Shown here piece after piece: positions 44,663-54,888 of a DNA stretch of 64,000 nucleotides. Below the pieces are notes generated by a model. The model was not told the origin of the DNA and searched no databases. It saw only the letters and a program-made list of their open reading frames with translations. Position 1 is the stretch's first letter, and every line of letters begins with the position of its first letter. Made by a program: the position numbers and the translations under genes. Source of the stretch: an uncultured Holophagales bacterium (GTDB taxonomy: Bacteria; Acidobacteriota; Thermoanaerobaculia; Multivoradales; UBA5704); the NCBI GenBank assembly GCA_963842525.1, contig CAWJGT010000034.1, positions 704,001-768,000 on the forward strand, read 5' to 3'.

Positions 44663-46509
44663 ATGGAGCCGTCGTCGACAGCAGGTACCGAGGAGGAGCG
44701 CTCCGTGAAGGTCAGAATCCCCATCATGATCGACGACCCCTACGGCGGCAGGGGTCTGGCGAGCCCGTTCGAGATGTTCACCAGCCAGGATGAGGAGCTC
44801 TTCCTCGATGGGCCGGTGACCCGCCGCGTCGCGGTGCTCGACTTCGACCCCACCACCGGCGCGCTACGGCCCGGCGCGCGCTATCGGGCGCCGGAAAACG
44901 GCCACGACCTCGGGGCGTACGAAACGGAGGGCCCCGACGGCATCTACGGCGACAGCTTCCTCCAGGTGAACGTCTTCGCCACCGTGCTCCAGACCATGTC
45001 CCTGTTCGAGGAGCCGGACGCTCTCGGCCGCCGCCTCACGTGGGCGTTCGAGGCCCCGCAGCTCCTCGTGGTGCCGCGCGCCGGCGAAATGGCGAACGCC
45101 TTCTACGAGCGCGAGTCGCACAGCCTGCAGTTCTTCTTCCTGCCGCCGCCGGCGGACGGCGAGCGGCCCGTCTACACCAGCCTGTCGCGCGACATCGTCG
45201 CCCACGAGACCGCGCATGCCATCCTCGACGGCATCGCTCCGTCGCTCTACAACGCCCTGACGCCGCAGGCGCTCGCTCTGCACGAGGCGATCGCCGACCT
45301 CACGGCCCTGCTCATGTCGTTCCGCAGCCGCAAGCTGCGCGAGGCCGTGCTGGCCGGCACCCAGGGCTCGCTCGACGATTCGAGCGCCTTCAGCACCGTG
45401 GCTCCCGAATTCGGCCACGCCCGCGATCCGGCGAACAAGGCCGAGTTCCTGCGCAACCTGAACAACCGGGCCAACCTGATCCCCGGGAACCCCGACCGCG
45501 TGAGCCGCTACGAGCCGCACTCGCTGAGCGAGGCCCTGAGCGGCGCCCTCTATGCGGTGATGATCCGGACCTACAAGGCGGTCCGCGAGGAGAGCCCCGA
45601 CTGGCCCTCCGGCAAGGCCCTCTTCGTGGCCGCGGCGCGCTTCAAGCGGATGATCGTCCGCGCGCTGGACTATCTTCCGCCGGGAGAGGTCTCCTTCGCC
45701 GACTATGGCCGCGCCATTCTCGCCGCCGACCAGGCCGCGCATCCCGACGACAGCCAGGAGCGCCAGTGGATCTGCGAGCAGTTCGTCACGCGCGGCATCG
45801 TGCCGGATGCCGGAGCGCTCGCCGTCGAGACGAACGTCCCTTTCCCCGCCATCGAGAAGGTCGATCTGCAGACGCTCCTCGACAGCGACTGGGCGGCGTA
45901 TGAGTTCGCCAATCAGAACCGGCGGTTCCTCGGCATCCCCGAGGGCATCCCGTTCCGCGTCCGGCCGCGGCTGGACACCACCAAGCTCTACTACCTGCGG
46001 AAAGGCGAAAAGCCGGAGGAGATCCGCGAGCTCATCTTCAAGGTCGCCTGGGACCAGAAGGAGCCGAGCGGCCTCGGGCCGGCCCTCGCCGATGTCCGGC
46101 AGATCACCGTCGGCACCACGATCGCGCTCGACTGGACGAGCCGGAAGGTCCGCGCCCGCCTCACCTCCGAGCAGAGCCAGGAGGAGAGGGAAAGCCGCGA
46201 CGGGCTCCTCCATCTCCTGCTCGACGAGGGGGTCCTCCGGGTCGGCGACGAGGCGAAGGGACCGGACGGCAAACCCCTGCGCGGCGCGGTGCGCGCCGAG
46301 ACCCTGGACGGCGTGATGCGGGTGCGCGGCGCCGCCCGCATGCTCCACATCGCGCGCATGGCAGGCGGGGCCGCAACAGGCGGCGCGCCGGGGCTCACGG
46401 TCCCGAACCCTCCGCCCGGTGTGGACGCCGGGGCGTTCTATGATTTGGCGGCTGGCGCTTTACATGGACTTCCACTTTCCAAAAAACCCGAGGAGCACCC
46501 CATGCCTGA
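44663..46509 (+). CDS. Gluzincin-type (M4/M36-like) zinc metallopeptidase domain protein
   Basis: N-terminal part of ORF 44663..47620: NAFY, DIVAHETAHAILDG (HExxH), ALHEAIADL (ExxxD) and EPH. In frame with the next peptidase as sequenced; the end shown assumes a missing base near 46450. Confidence 0.65.
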
Positions 46510-47620
46510 CCAGCAACAACCCGACCAGGAAACGACCCCTCACATTTGCGTCGACATGGAGCTGCCGCCTGAGCTGGAGGTGGAGGCCGCGGACCGGGCG
46601 ATCGAAGAGAACCCCGCCAACCTCCCCGTCTTCCGCCACCGGCCCGGCCTGGGCGTTGCCACCTCGCCGCGCAGCCTGGCGCTGCTCACCGGCAAGAAGT
46701 GGCAGAACGGCCGCACCCTGCGCGTCCGCTTCCTCGGAGGGGAGCCGGCGATTCATGCCAAGGTCAAGCAGTTCGCGCAGCAGTGGAGCGAGGTCGCCAA
46801 TATCCGCTTCGAATTCGACAACAGCCCCGACGCCGAGATCCGCATCGGTTTTCTGAGGGGCGGCGGCTCGTGGTCCTACATCGGCACCGACGCCCTGAGC
46901 ATCGCCAAGAACCAGCCGACCATGAGCTATGGCTGGTTCACCTCAGCGACGCCGGACGGGGAGATCGCGCGCACCGTGCTCCACGAGTTCGGGCACGCCC
47001 TCGGCTGCATTCACGAGCACCAGCACCCCACCGCCAACATCCCCTGGGACCGGGAGGCGGTCTTCCGCTATTACACGGGCCCTCCGAACAACTGGAGCCG
47101 GGACAAGGTCGAAACCAATCTCTTCAAGAGGTATTCGCAGTCGCAGACCCAGTTCTCGCAGTTCGATCGCGACTCGATCATGCTCTATCCGGTCGACGAG
47201 GAGCACACGGTCGGCAACTTCCGGGTGGGTTGGAATACCAGGCTGTCGCAGACCGACAAGACCTTCATGGCCAGCATGTATCCGAAGCCGCAGACTCCGG
47301 TGGGAGACACGACGCCGGTCCTGACCGTCGGCGGCACGGTACAGGGGTCCATCGGCAAGCACGGCGAGGAGGATCTCTACCGTCTCCCCGTGACCGCGAA
47401 CGGCCGCTACACGATCGAGACGAGCGGCCCGACGGACGTCGTGATGGCCCTCCTCGGCCCCGAGACCCAGTCCCGTCTCGTGGCCGAGGACGACGACAGC
47501 GGCGCGGACCGCAACGCCAAGATCGGCACCAACCTGGCCCCCGGCACCTATTGGGTGCGCATCCGGCATTTCAGCCCGAGCGGCAGCGGGAGCTACGGGT
47601 TGTCGGTCCAGAAGGGGTGA
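46502..47620 (+). CDS. Metzincin (M12A/astacin-like) metallopeptidase with C-terminal PPC-type domain
   Basis: Own RBS AGGAG (46491-46495) before ATG 46502; W..GRTLRVRFL, GSWSYIGTD, HEFGHALGCIHEHQHP, Met-turn DSIMLY; C-terminal EDDDSGADRNAKI..LAPGTYWVRI. Confidence 0.8.
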   Translation: MPDQQQPDQETTPHICVDMELPPELEVEAADRAIEENPANLPVFRHRPGLGVATSPRSLALLTGKKWQNGRTLRVRFLGGEPAIHAKVKQFAQQWSEVANIRFEFDNSPDAEIRIGFLRGGGSWSYIGTDALSIAKNQPTMSYGWFTSATPDGEIARTVLHEFGHALGCIHEHQHPTANIPWDREAVFRYYTGPPNNWSRDKVETNLFKRYSQSQTQFSQFDRDSIMLYPVDEEHTVGNFRVGWNTRLSQTDKTFMASMYPKPQTPVGDTTPVLTVGGTVQGSIGKHGEEDLYRLPVTANGRYTIETSGPTDVVMALLGPETQSRLVAEDDDSGADRNAKIGTNLAPGTYWVRIRHFSPSGSGSYGLSVQKG

Positions 47621-47642
47621 TTGCTTCCGGCACCGCGGGGTC

Positions 47643-48527
47643 TTGCGACATGATGCGCCGGTGCCGCGCCGCCCCCTCCTCCTGATGGGTCTCTCGTCGG
47701 TCTGCTTCGCCGTCATGGCCTTGGCGGCGAAGCTGGCCTCGGAGGACCTTCCCGGCAGCCAGGTGGCGTTCCTCCGCTTCGCGTTCATGCTGCTGCCGGT
47801 CGTGCTGGTGCCGTCGCTCGCCCGCAAGGCCGTCACCTTCCAGCGCCTGGACCTGCTGTTCTATCGCGGGGTGTTCGGAGGCACGGCGGTCCTCCTCTAC
47901 TTCCTGGCCCTCGCTCACGTACCGGTGGGGATCGCCACGCTTCTCAACTATGCCTCGCCCATCTTCAGCGTCGCCTTTGCCGCGCTCTTCCTCGGCGAGC
48001 GAGTGGACCGGAGGCTCCTCCTTCCGCTGGCCGCCGCCCTGGGCGGCATGGTGCTCGCCGCCGGCGGAGGGGCGAATCTGCGAGAGGGGCTGCGTTTCGG
48101 CGTCTGGGAGCTGGCGGGGCTGGCCTCCTCGGTCCTCTCGGGCGCCGCGGTCACCGCGATCCGGGCGGCCCGCCGCACCGAGGGCTCGTGGGCAATCTAC
48201 GGCAGCTTCACGATCTTCGGCCTGCTCGCCGCGGCCCCGTTCGGGCTCGCAGGTTTCCGGCCGCCGACGCCACGGCAGTGGTTGTTCCTCGCCGTCGTGG
48301 GCGCCTGCTCGATCGCCGCTCAGCTCCTCATGACCTACGCCTACCGCTGGGTAACCAACCTGCAGGCCGGGGTCATCAACCAGCTCACGGTCGTCCTCGC
48401 CATGCTGCTCGGCGTCGCCGTCCTCGGCGACCGGCTGACGCCGGTTCAGCTCTTCGGGAGTCTGCTGACCCTGGGCGGCGTCGTCGGCGTCGTCTGGCTT
48501 CAGTCGACGCCGCGCGCCGTCGAGTGA
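47643..48527 (+). CDS. DMT/EamA family transporter
   Basis: About 10 TM segments in two EamA-like halves (AFLRF, LLNYASPIF, LFLGERV, LGDRLT..QLFG). Confidence 0.88.
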   Translation: MRHDAPVPRRPLLLMGLSSVCFAVMALAAKLASEDLPGSQVAFLRFAFMLLPVVLVPSLARKAVTFQRLDLLFYRGVFGGTAVLLYFLALAHVPVGIATLLNYASPIFSVAFAALFLGERVDRRLLLPLAAALGGMVLAAGGGANLREGLRFGVWELAGLASSVLSGAAVTAIRAARRTEGSWAIYGSFTIFGLLAAAPFGLAGFRPPTPRQWLFLAVVGACSIAAQLLMTYAYRWVTNLQAGVINQLTVVLAMLLGVAVLGDRLTPVQLFGSLLTLGGVVGVVWLQSTPRAVE

Positions 48528-48621
48528 AATCTTAATTGTTTCTAAAAACTCAAATCGGGTCCGCTCGGCTCCACGAGGCCGCTCCTTCTGCTAGAGTTGG
48601 GTCCGGTAATTCGGATCCAAG

Positions 48622-49560
48622 ATGACGCCCGAGCTGACGATCATCCTCGTCGTAGGGGAGCGCCGCGACCGCGCCGGGCGTGCGCTCGCTTCGCTGCTGG
48701 CGCAGAGCGCCGTCGATCGGATGGAGGTGCTTCTCTATGACCTCGGTCCGGGCGAGCCGCCGCCGGTCCCCGGCAGCGACCATCCGGCGGTGCGGACGGT
48801 GAGGATGCCGCCGGACGCCCTCTTCTCCCGGGTGAAGGCCGAGGGGGTGAAGATCGCCGCGGCGCCGGTCGTGGTGTTCGTCGAGGAGCACACCCGGGTG
48901 TACGAGGGCTGGGCCGAGGCGCTGATCGAGGCCCACCGCGGACCCTGGGCGGCCGTCGGCGCCGAGGTGCACAACGGCAACCCGGGGGTGCGGTTCAGCC
49001 GCGTGCTGGAGATCATCAACTATCACCCCTGGCTGCCGCCGGCGCCGCGGGCCGAGTTCGGCATGCTGCCCGGGCACAACTCGTCCTTCAAAAGAGACCT
49101 GCTGCTCGCCTACGGCGACGACCTCGAGGAGCTGCTGCGAGCCGAGATCGTGCTCCACCAGAGGCTCCACCGCGACGGCCACCGCCTCCTCGTCGAGCCC
49201 GCGGCCCGGTTCGAGCACCTCAACGAGAGCACGTTCCCCAGCGCCGCCCGTGGCCGCTTCCTCTGGAACCGCCTCTATGGGCCGATGCGGGCCCGGTTCT
49301 TCGGCTGGTCGCGGACGCGGCGCCTCGTCTACCTCCTGGCCACGCCGCTCATCCCCTTCTATGCGTTGGCTCGGATCACCTGGTTCGCGGCACGGCGGCG
49401 GCCGGAGCTCCTGGCGCGGGTCCTCCTCGGCTCACCGGTGCTCTTCGCGGTGCAGCTCGTGAGCGCCCTGGGGCACTCGACCGGCCTGCTGCTCGGGATG
49501 GGGGACGCGGAAGCGCGCTTCACCTGGTTTGAAATGAATGAATTCAGGGATCCCGGGTAG
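48622..49560 (+). CDS. Glycosyltransferase family 2-like protein
   Basis: PELTIILVV...LASLLAQ N-terminus; VVFVEEH at the DxD position; GHNSSFKR; hydrophobic C-terminus. Confidence 0.7.
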   Translation: MTPELTIILVVGERRDRAGRALASLLAQSAVDRMEVLLYDLGPGEPPPVPGSDHPAVRTVRMPPDALFSRVKAEGVKIAAAPVVVFVEEHTRVYEGWAEALIEAHRGPWAAVGAEVHNGNPGVRFSRVLEIINYHPWLPPAPRAEFGMLPGHNSSFKRDLLLAYGDDLEELLRAEIVLHQRLHRDGHRLLVEPAARFEHLNESTFPSAARGRFLWNRLYGPMRARFFGWSRTRRLVYLLATPLIPFYALARITWFAARRRPELLARVLLGSPVLFAVQLVSALGHSTGLLLGMGDAEARFTWFEMNEFRDPG

Positions 49561-49576
49561 CCGCCGGAGGGAGAGT

Positions 49577-50509
49577 ATGGAAACCGTCACGAGGCCGGTC
49601 CTGTCGATCGTCATCCCGGCCTACAACTCGCACGACACGCTGGCCGGCTGCCTGGAATCCCTCGAACGGCAGAGCTTCCGCGACTTCGAGGTCGTGATCG
49701 TCGACAGCGGGCCCGACGCCACGTCGCAGCGGATCGCCGCCGAGCGCTTCCCCTGGGTCCGCTTCGAGCGGAGCCCCCGGCGCCTCCTCCCCCACGCGGC
49801 ACGCAATCGCGGCGTCGAGCTGGCGCGGGCGGAGCTGCTGGTCTTCACCGATCCCGATTGCTATGCCCATCCCGACTGGCTGGAGCGGCTGCTCGCCATG
49901 CACCAGGAGACCGGGGGCGTGGTGGTCGGAGCCCTGGCCTGCCATGGCGGCCGGTGGACGGACCAGGGGATCCACCTCTGCAAGTTCAGCAAATGGCTGC
50001 CCGGCGGGCGACCGCGGACGGTGGACATGAGCCCGACCGCGAACATGCTGCTCTCGCGGCGGGACTTCCAGGTGGCGGGAGGCCTGCCCGGCGAGGAGAT
50101 GCTGGGCGACGTGACGCTCTCCCGCGCGCTCCGCGGCGGCGGGCGCGAGCTGCGCTTCGCGCCGGGCGCCGTGGTGGACCACCACCATATTCAGACCGTG
50201 AAGGACTTCCTCCGCGAGCGGTACAAGCGCGGCAAGATGTTCGGGGACCTGCGGTGTGGCTGGATGGGAGGGCGCCGCAGCACCATCCTCGGTTATCTGC
50301 TGGTCACGCTCCTCCCGATCCGCCTGGCCCGGATCACCACCCTGGTGGGGACCCACGCCTGGCGCGCCGGCCAGATGGGGCGCTTTCTGACGACCTTGCC
50401 GCTGATGCTGGCGGGGCATGGCGCCTCTCTCGCCGGTGAGGCCGCAGCCTACCTCCGTCGCCTGTCCCCCGTCCGTTCCCGCCGGACGGCGCCGGCTCAC
50501 AGCCTGTGA
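49577..50509 (+). CDS. Glycosyltransferase family 2
   Basis: LSIVIPAYNS, EVVIVDSG, AARNRGV and LVFTDPDC; RBS GGAGG before ATG 49577. Confidence 0.9.
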   Translation: METVTRPVLSIVIPAYNSHDTLAGCLESLERQSFRDFEVVIVDSGPDATSQRIAAERFPWVRFERSPRRLLPHAARNRGVELARAELLVFTDPDCYAHPDWLERLLAMHQETGGVVVGALACHGGRWTDQGIHLCKFSKWLPGGRPRTVDMSPTANMLLSRRDFQVAGGLPGEEMLGDVTLSRALRGGGRELRFAPGAVVDHHHIQTVKDFLRERYKRGKMFGDLRCGWMGGRRSTILGYLLVTLLPIRLARITTLVGTHAWRAGQMGRFLTTLPLMLAGHGASLAGEAAAYLRRLSPVRSRRTAPAHSL

Positions 50510-51942
50510 CCGCCGATTCCTCCGCGCGGGTCGCGCTCCCTGGTGCCGCGGCGGGCACCCGGATCGCCCGCGACACGGCGCTCAACCTGGCCGGCCAGGT
50601 GCTGCCCCTGGGGCTGGCCCTGGTCGCCGTGCCGGGCACGGTCGAGCGGCTGGGCACCGGCCGGTTCGGCGTGCTCGCCCTGGCCTGGACGATCCTCGGC
50701 TCCTTCAACGTCTTCGACCTGGCGCTCGGCCGGGCGGTGACCCGGTTCTCCTCCGAGGCCCTCGGCCGCGGCGAGCCGCAGCGGCTGCCGAAGATCCTCG
50801 GCAACGCCGTCGCGCTGCAGACCGCGCTCGGCGTCGCCGGCACGCTCCTCTTCCTGACGGCGTCTCCGTGGCTCGCCGGCGGCGTGCTCGGCCTGTCCGG
50901 CCCGCTGGCCCGCGAGACGCGGATCACCTTCCAGATCCTGGCCCTCTCGTTCCCGCTGACCCTGGTGACCGGTTGCCTGCGCAGCCTCCTGGAGTCGCTG
51001 CGGCGCTTCGATCTCATCAATCTGGCGCGCGGGCCGGCCGGAGCGGCCACGTTCGCGATCCCCTGGCTCGGGGCGATGGCGGGGCTCGGCCTTCCCGCCA
51101 TCGTCGGCCTGCTGGTGGCGGCGCGGGTCGTCCTCCTGGGGGTGCACTGGACCTTCTGCCGCCGTCTCGTGCCGGGCCTCACGCAGGGCTTCGCGCCGGA
51201 GCGCGCCGAGCTCCTCCGGCTCGCCCGCTTCGGCGGCTGGGTGAGCGCCGCGAACCTGGTCCCGCCGGTCCTGGTCCTGGTCGAGAGGTTCCTGATCGGC
51301 GCCCTGATCTCGCTGGAGGCGGTGGCCTGGTTCTCGATCCCGTACGAGATCGTCAACCGGCTGTGGGTCCTGCCGACAAGCGTGATCGCCGCGCTCTTCC
51401 CGGTGCTGTCGGCGGCGAGCGGCCGGGGCGATGCCGAGGAGGTCCGCAGGCTGGCGACGCGGGCGGTCCGGGGCGTGCTCCTCCTCCTGGCCGTGCCGGT
51501 CGTGGTGGCGGTCGTGGGGGCCCAGCCCCTGCTCCATCTCTGGCTCGGCCCGGAGCTCGCCGCGGCCGGTGCTCCGGTCCTGCGCCTCCTGGCCCCGGCG
51601 CTCCTCCTGTCGTCCTTGTCCAGCATCGCCGCCGCCGTGCTCCAGGCATCCGGAAGGCCCCAGGTGACGGCGCGCCTGCGCCTCTTCGAGCTGCCCCTGA
51701 CGGCTCTCCTGAGCTGGGGCCTCACGGTCACCCTCGGCGTCGCCGGCACGGCGCTCGCCGCTCTCCTTCGGGCAGCCCTGGACGCAACCCTGTTATCCTG
51801 GATGTCGGGCTTGGCCGGCTGGCGGGATGGCCGCGCGGCCCAAGCGCGAATAAACTCGTCCGCCTGCCGGTTGGCAGGCTCTGAACCCCAATTCCGGCGG
51901 CGATCCTCGGATCCCGCCTCCGAGGACACCACCCATGTTTGA
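50506..51942 (+). CDS. Wzx/MOP-family flippase (oligosaccharide exporter)
   Basis: IARDTALNLAGQ..., LGTGRFGVLAL, FDLALGRAVTRF and ERFLIG; 12-14 TM segments; GTGA overlap with GT2. Confidence 0.85.
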   Translation: MTADSSARVALPGAAAGTRIARDTALNLAGQVLPLGLALVAVPGTVERLGTGRFGVLALAWTILGSFNVFDLALGRAVTRFSSEALGRGEPQRLPKILGNAVALQTALGVAGTLLFLTASPWLAGGVLGLSGPLARETRITFQILALSFPLTLVTGCLRSLLESLRRFDLINLARGPAGAATFAIPWLGAMAGLGLPAIVGLLVAARVVLLGVHWTFCRRLVPGLTQGFAPERAELLRLARFGGWVSAANLVPPVLVLVERFLIGALISLEAVAWFSIPYEIVNRLWVLPTSVIAALFPVLSAASGRGDAEEVRRLATRAVRGVLLLLAVPVVVAVVGAQPLLHLWLGPELAAAGAPVLRLLAPALLLSSLSSIAAAVLQASGRPQVTARLRLFELPLTALLSWGLTVTLGVAGTALAALLRAALDATLLSWMSGLAGWRDGRAAQARINSSACRLAGSEPQFRRRSSDPASEDTTHV

Positions 51943-53053
51943 ACACAACACCCCGACCCGCTCCCTGCTCTGCCTCTCCCTCGTGCTTCTCGTGGCGGGC
52001 GTTTTCGGCTGCTCGCGCAGCTCCCAGGGCGAGGAAGGCCAGGCGGACCAGCCCGCCGCCGGCTCCGCCACACCCGCTGCACCCGGACAGGCCGCCGCGC
52101 CGGGAGCCGGACAGCCGGGATCTCCCTCGCCGGCGGACGCCAAGCCTGTCAAGCCGGAGGAGCTGCCCGCCGTGGTGGCCCGGATCAACGGCAAGGAGAT
52201 CAAGAAGGAAGACCTCCTCGAGCACGCCCAGAAGATGCGCGCCCAGCTCGCCCGGGCGGGAGCGGGCGAAGCGCCGATGAACACCCAGTTCTACCGCGAG
52301 GTCCTCAACGCCCTGGTAGCCCAGTCCCTCCTCGAGCAGGAGGCCAAAGAGCAGGGCTTCAAGGTCTCCGACGCCGAGGTCGACAAGCAGATGGAGGCGC
52401 TGCGCGGCCGGTTCCCCGACGCCGAGCAGTTCAAGAACGCCCTCGCGTCGGAAGGGATGAGCGAAGAGCGGCTCCGCCAGCAGATGTACCGCGACGGCAG
52501 CATCCAGAGGCTCGTCGAGGCCAAGGTCTTCTCGGCAGTGAACGTCACGGACGCGGAGGCCAAAGACTTCTATGACAAGAACCAGGACAAGATGAAACAG
52601 CCCCCGGGGGTACACCTGCGGCACGTCCTGGTGAAGGTCGACCCCAAGGCGCCAGACGCCGACAAGCAGAAGGCCCGCGCCAAGGCCGAAGACCTGCTCA
52701 AGCGGGCCCAGAGCGGTGAGGACTTCGCCAAGCTGGCGAGCGAGAATTCAGACGACCCCGGCTCCAAGGTGCGGGGAGGCGACCTCCCCTGGATCGCGCC
52801 GGGCCAGACCCCGCCGTCCTTCGACAAGGCCGCGTTCGCGCTGACCAAGCCGAACGAGCTCAGCCCGCTCGTGGAGACCGGCGACGGGTACCATGTGATC
52901 CAGCTCCTGGAGCGCAAGGACGCCACGGTAGTCCCCTTCGATCAGGCCAAGGAGCGCATCACCGGCTTCCTCAAACAGCGCCAGATCCAGGAAAAGCTCC
53001 AGGCCCACGTCGAAGCGCTAAAGACCAAGGGGAAGGTCGAGACGTTCATCTGA
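51935..53053 (+). CDS. Parvulin-type peptidylprolyl isomerase (PrsA/SurA-like) lipoprotein
   Basis: Lipobox GVFGC; VVARING; HLRHVLVKV, GEDFAKLASENSDDPGSKVRGGDL and GYHVIQL. Confidence 0.9.
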   Translation: MFEHNTPTRSLLCLSLVLLVAGVFGCSRSSQGEEGQADQPAAGSATPAAPGQAAAPGAGQPGSPSPADAKPVKPEELPAVVARINGKEIKKEDLLEHAQKMRAQLARAGAGEAPMNTQFYREVLNALVAQSLLEQEAKEQGFKVSDAEVDKQMEALRGRFPDAEQFKNALASEGMSEERLRQQMYRDGSIQRLVEAKVFSAVNVTDAEAKDFYDKNQDKMKQPPGVHLRHVLVKVDPKAPDADKQKARAKAEDLLKRAQSGEDFAKLASENSDDPGSKVRGGDLPWIAPGQTPPSFDKAAFALTKPNELSPLVETGDGYHVIQLLERKDATVVPFDQAKERITGFLKQRQIQEKLQAHVEALKTKGKVETFI

Positions 53054-53069
53054 CCGGGTTGATCCCGGT

Positions 53070-53103
53070 CCCCTCTCCCCTTGGGCCAGGGGAGAGGGGG
53101 TTT
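53070..53103 (+). terminator. GC-rich hairpin after PPIase (intrinsic terminator or REP-like palindrome)
   Basis: CCCCTCTCCCCT-TGGGCC-AGGGGAGAGGGG followed by GTTT; preceded by a smaller stem GACCGGG..CCCGGTC overlapping the stop. Confidence 0.55.
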
Positions 53104-53593
53104 CAAGACACAGCCGTGCGGACTACGACAAAACGGCTATCGTCGAGATTGATGGATTCCGCAAAGCGCTCTCCCCCAAAACGACCTCAAGTACCTCAGG
53201 TTGGAAACGCCCACACCTTGGGCCGGAAGTCCCGAGGAGCGATCACCAAGCATCGCCAAGCCATGGAGATTGTGACGTACCGCTCGATGTCGAGGTAACG
53301 CTGAACCTCTGGGCCTCGACGACCACTGTGCCAGATGCCTGTTGGGGATCTCGGCGATTCAGAGCTTACCCTCCCGCATCGGCAGGGCGCACGATCCTGC
53401 GCGCCGCGGCGCCTGTAGGCCAACGCACTCTCGGCGCGTCGAGAGTGCTCGCGAGTCAGGCGCTGACGAAATAGGAACCCGTCGTGTCGTTGATGGAGGG
53501 GGATCGGTGCTGTCTCCCGATGGGCGCAGGTCCCGCCTCGGGTGTTGGCCGGAGATCCTGCTGATATAGTATGTCCGGAAGATAGAATAGCCA

Positions 53594-54529
53594 ATGAGCA
53601 TATCGAGCTATGGCGAAGGGGAAAGAATGGAAAGCGAGAGCAACGGAAGCACGCCTCGCAAGGGGATGCTCCGAGCATTCTGGGATTGGATGGCAGAAGC
53701 AAACCCGCGACTGAATACCGTCGCGAGCCTTTCCGGAATCGTCGGGTTCTTTGCCACTGTGGGGCTGTTTCCATTTGTCTGGCACCTCTTCGAACGTAAG
53801 GATCATTTTGTCGAACTCTATTGCCCGGATAGCATCCGCTCGCACGAATACTTTGTCTTTGGCCGCTTCGCAGGCAAGGCGCACCAGATTCGCGTCTATG
53901 TAGGCCCGAATGATGGCACTGCCAAGTATTGGATCCTAGCTCCTCCCTATCAATCAACTGCAACCGGTCAGTGGAGCGTGAAGGCACACTTCGGCAATCC
54001 ATACGGTTGGGATCAGCTTAAGGAGTTACCTCTTGAGTATGATGTTGTAGCCGCTCTCGTTCCCGCGGACAAGCTCTCGACCCTACCGGGGAGCAAGCGA
54101 CTGGTCGTACAACTCGAGCCGGGTGAGGACCTGGCCGACGAGCTCGAAGAGTTTGGCATCGACAGGATCGAGAGGTGTACCATCAGGCGTGATCCAGAGG
54201 ACTGCCAGAATTTCGCTCGAATACTTTCTCCCGAGCTGTCTGCGACTCCAGGGAAATACATGGACATCAATTCTCCCGTACGGATCGTTTGGGAACCCAA
54301 CGTCCCGATGTTCGTAGAGCTTTGGCGCGGAGGCGAGCCGCTTCGCGGCATCTCGCATCGGGAATGGTCGAACATCCAGGAAGTGTCTCTTGCTCCCGGT
54401 GTGTACCAATTGAAGGTGGGTTATAAGAGAGGAGCCGAGTGCAACGCGGTCTTGTGGTTCAGCGTGCTCCTCCGGCGCACGACACCAGCTCCCTCAGCGC
54501 CACAGCAGGTGCCCAACCCATCCAAATAG
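53594..54529 (+). CDS. Hypothetical membrane-anchored protein (low-GC insert)
   Basis: 311-aa ORF with one N-terminal TM (VASLSGIVGFFATVGLFPFVW) and a beta-rich soluble part; visibly more AT-rich than its flanks; no family recognised. Confidence 0.6.
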   Translation: MSISSYGEGERMESESNGSTPRKGMLRAFWDWMAEANPRLNTVASLSGIVGFFATVGLFPFVWHLFERKDHFVELYCPDSIRSHEYFVFGRFAGKAHQIRVYVGPNDGTAKYWILAPPYQSTATGQWSVKAHFGNPYGWDQLKELPLEYDVVAALVPADKLSTLPGSKRLVVQLEPGEDLADELEEFGIDRIERCTIRRDPEDCQNFARILSPELSATPGKYMDINSPVRIVWEPNVPMFVELWRGGEPLRGISHREWSNIQEVSLAPGVYQLKVGYKRGAECNAVLWFSVLLRRTTPAPSAPQQVPNPSK

Positions 54530-54888
54530 ACCGAGGCGCGTAGAACAATCTTCGGCTCAAGGGCTGGTACAACTGGCCGCCTAGAGTGCACGAAGTCGAG
54601 GCCTGCTATGCGAGGGCTCAGCATGTCGGCATTCCCGACACCGGCGGAGGCGCTCAAGGCGCCCTGCACGAGGAAGCCGACTGCCACGACTGAGGTCGCT
54701 GTAGGTGCCACGCAGCGTCCAGTTGCCCCGCTCGACCTGCGAGGTGCCCGGCCCTCATCCGGAAGCTCCGAAGATGGTCACTTTCCTATCCCACCCCTGG
54801 AGGTGCTTGAGTTCTGCTAACGATTCCTTTAGAGTCTCTGAGAAAGCATTCTTGGCTCTTCGAAGCTCTTCACTGTCCGGAGGTGCTC

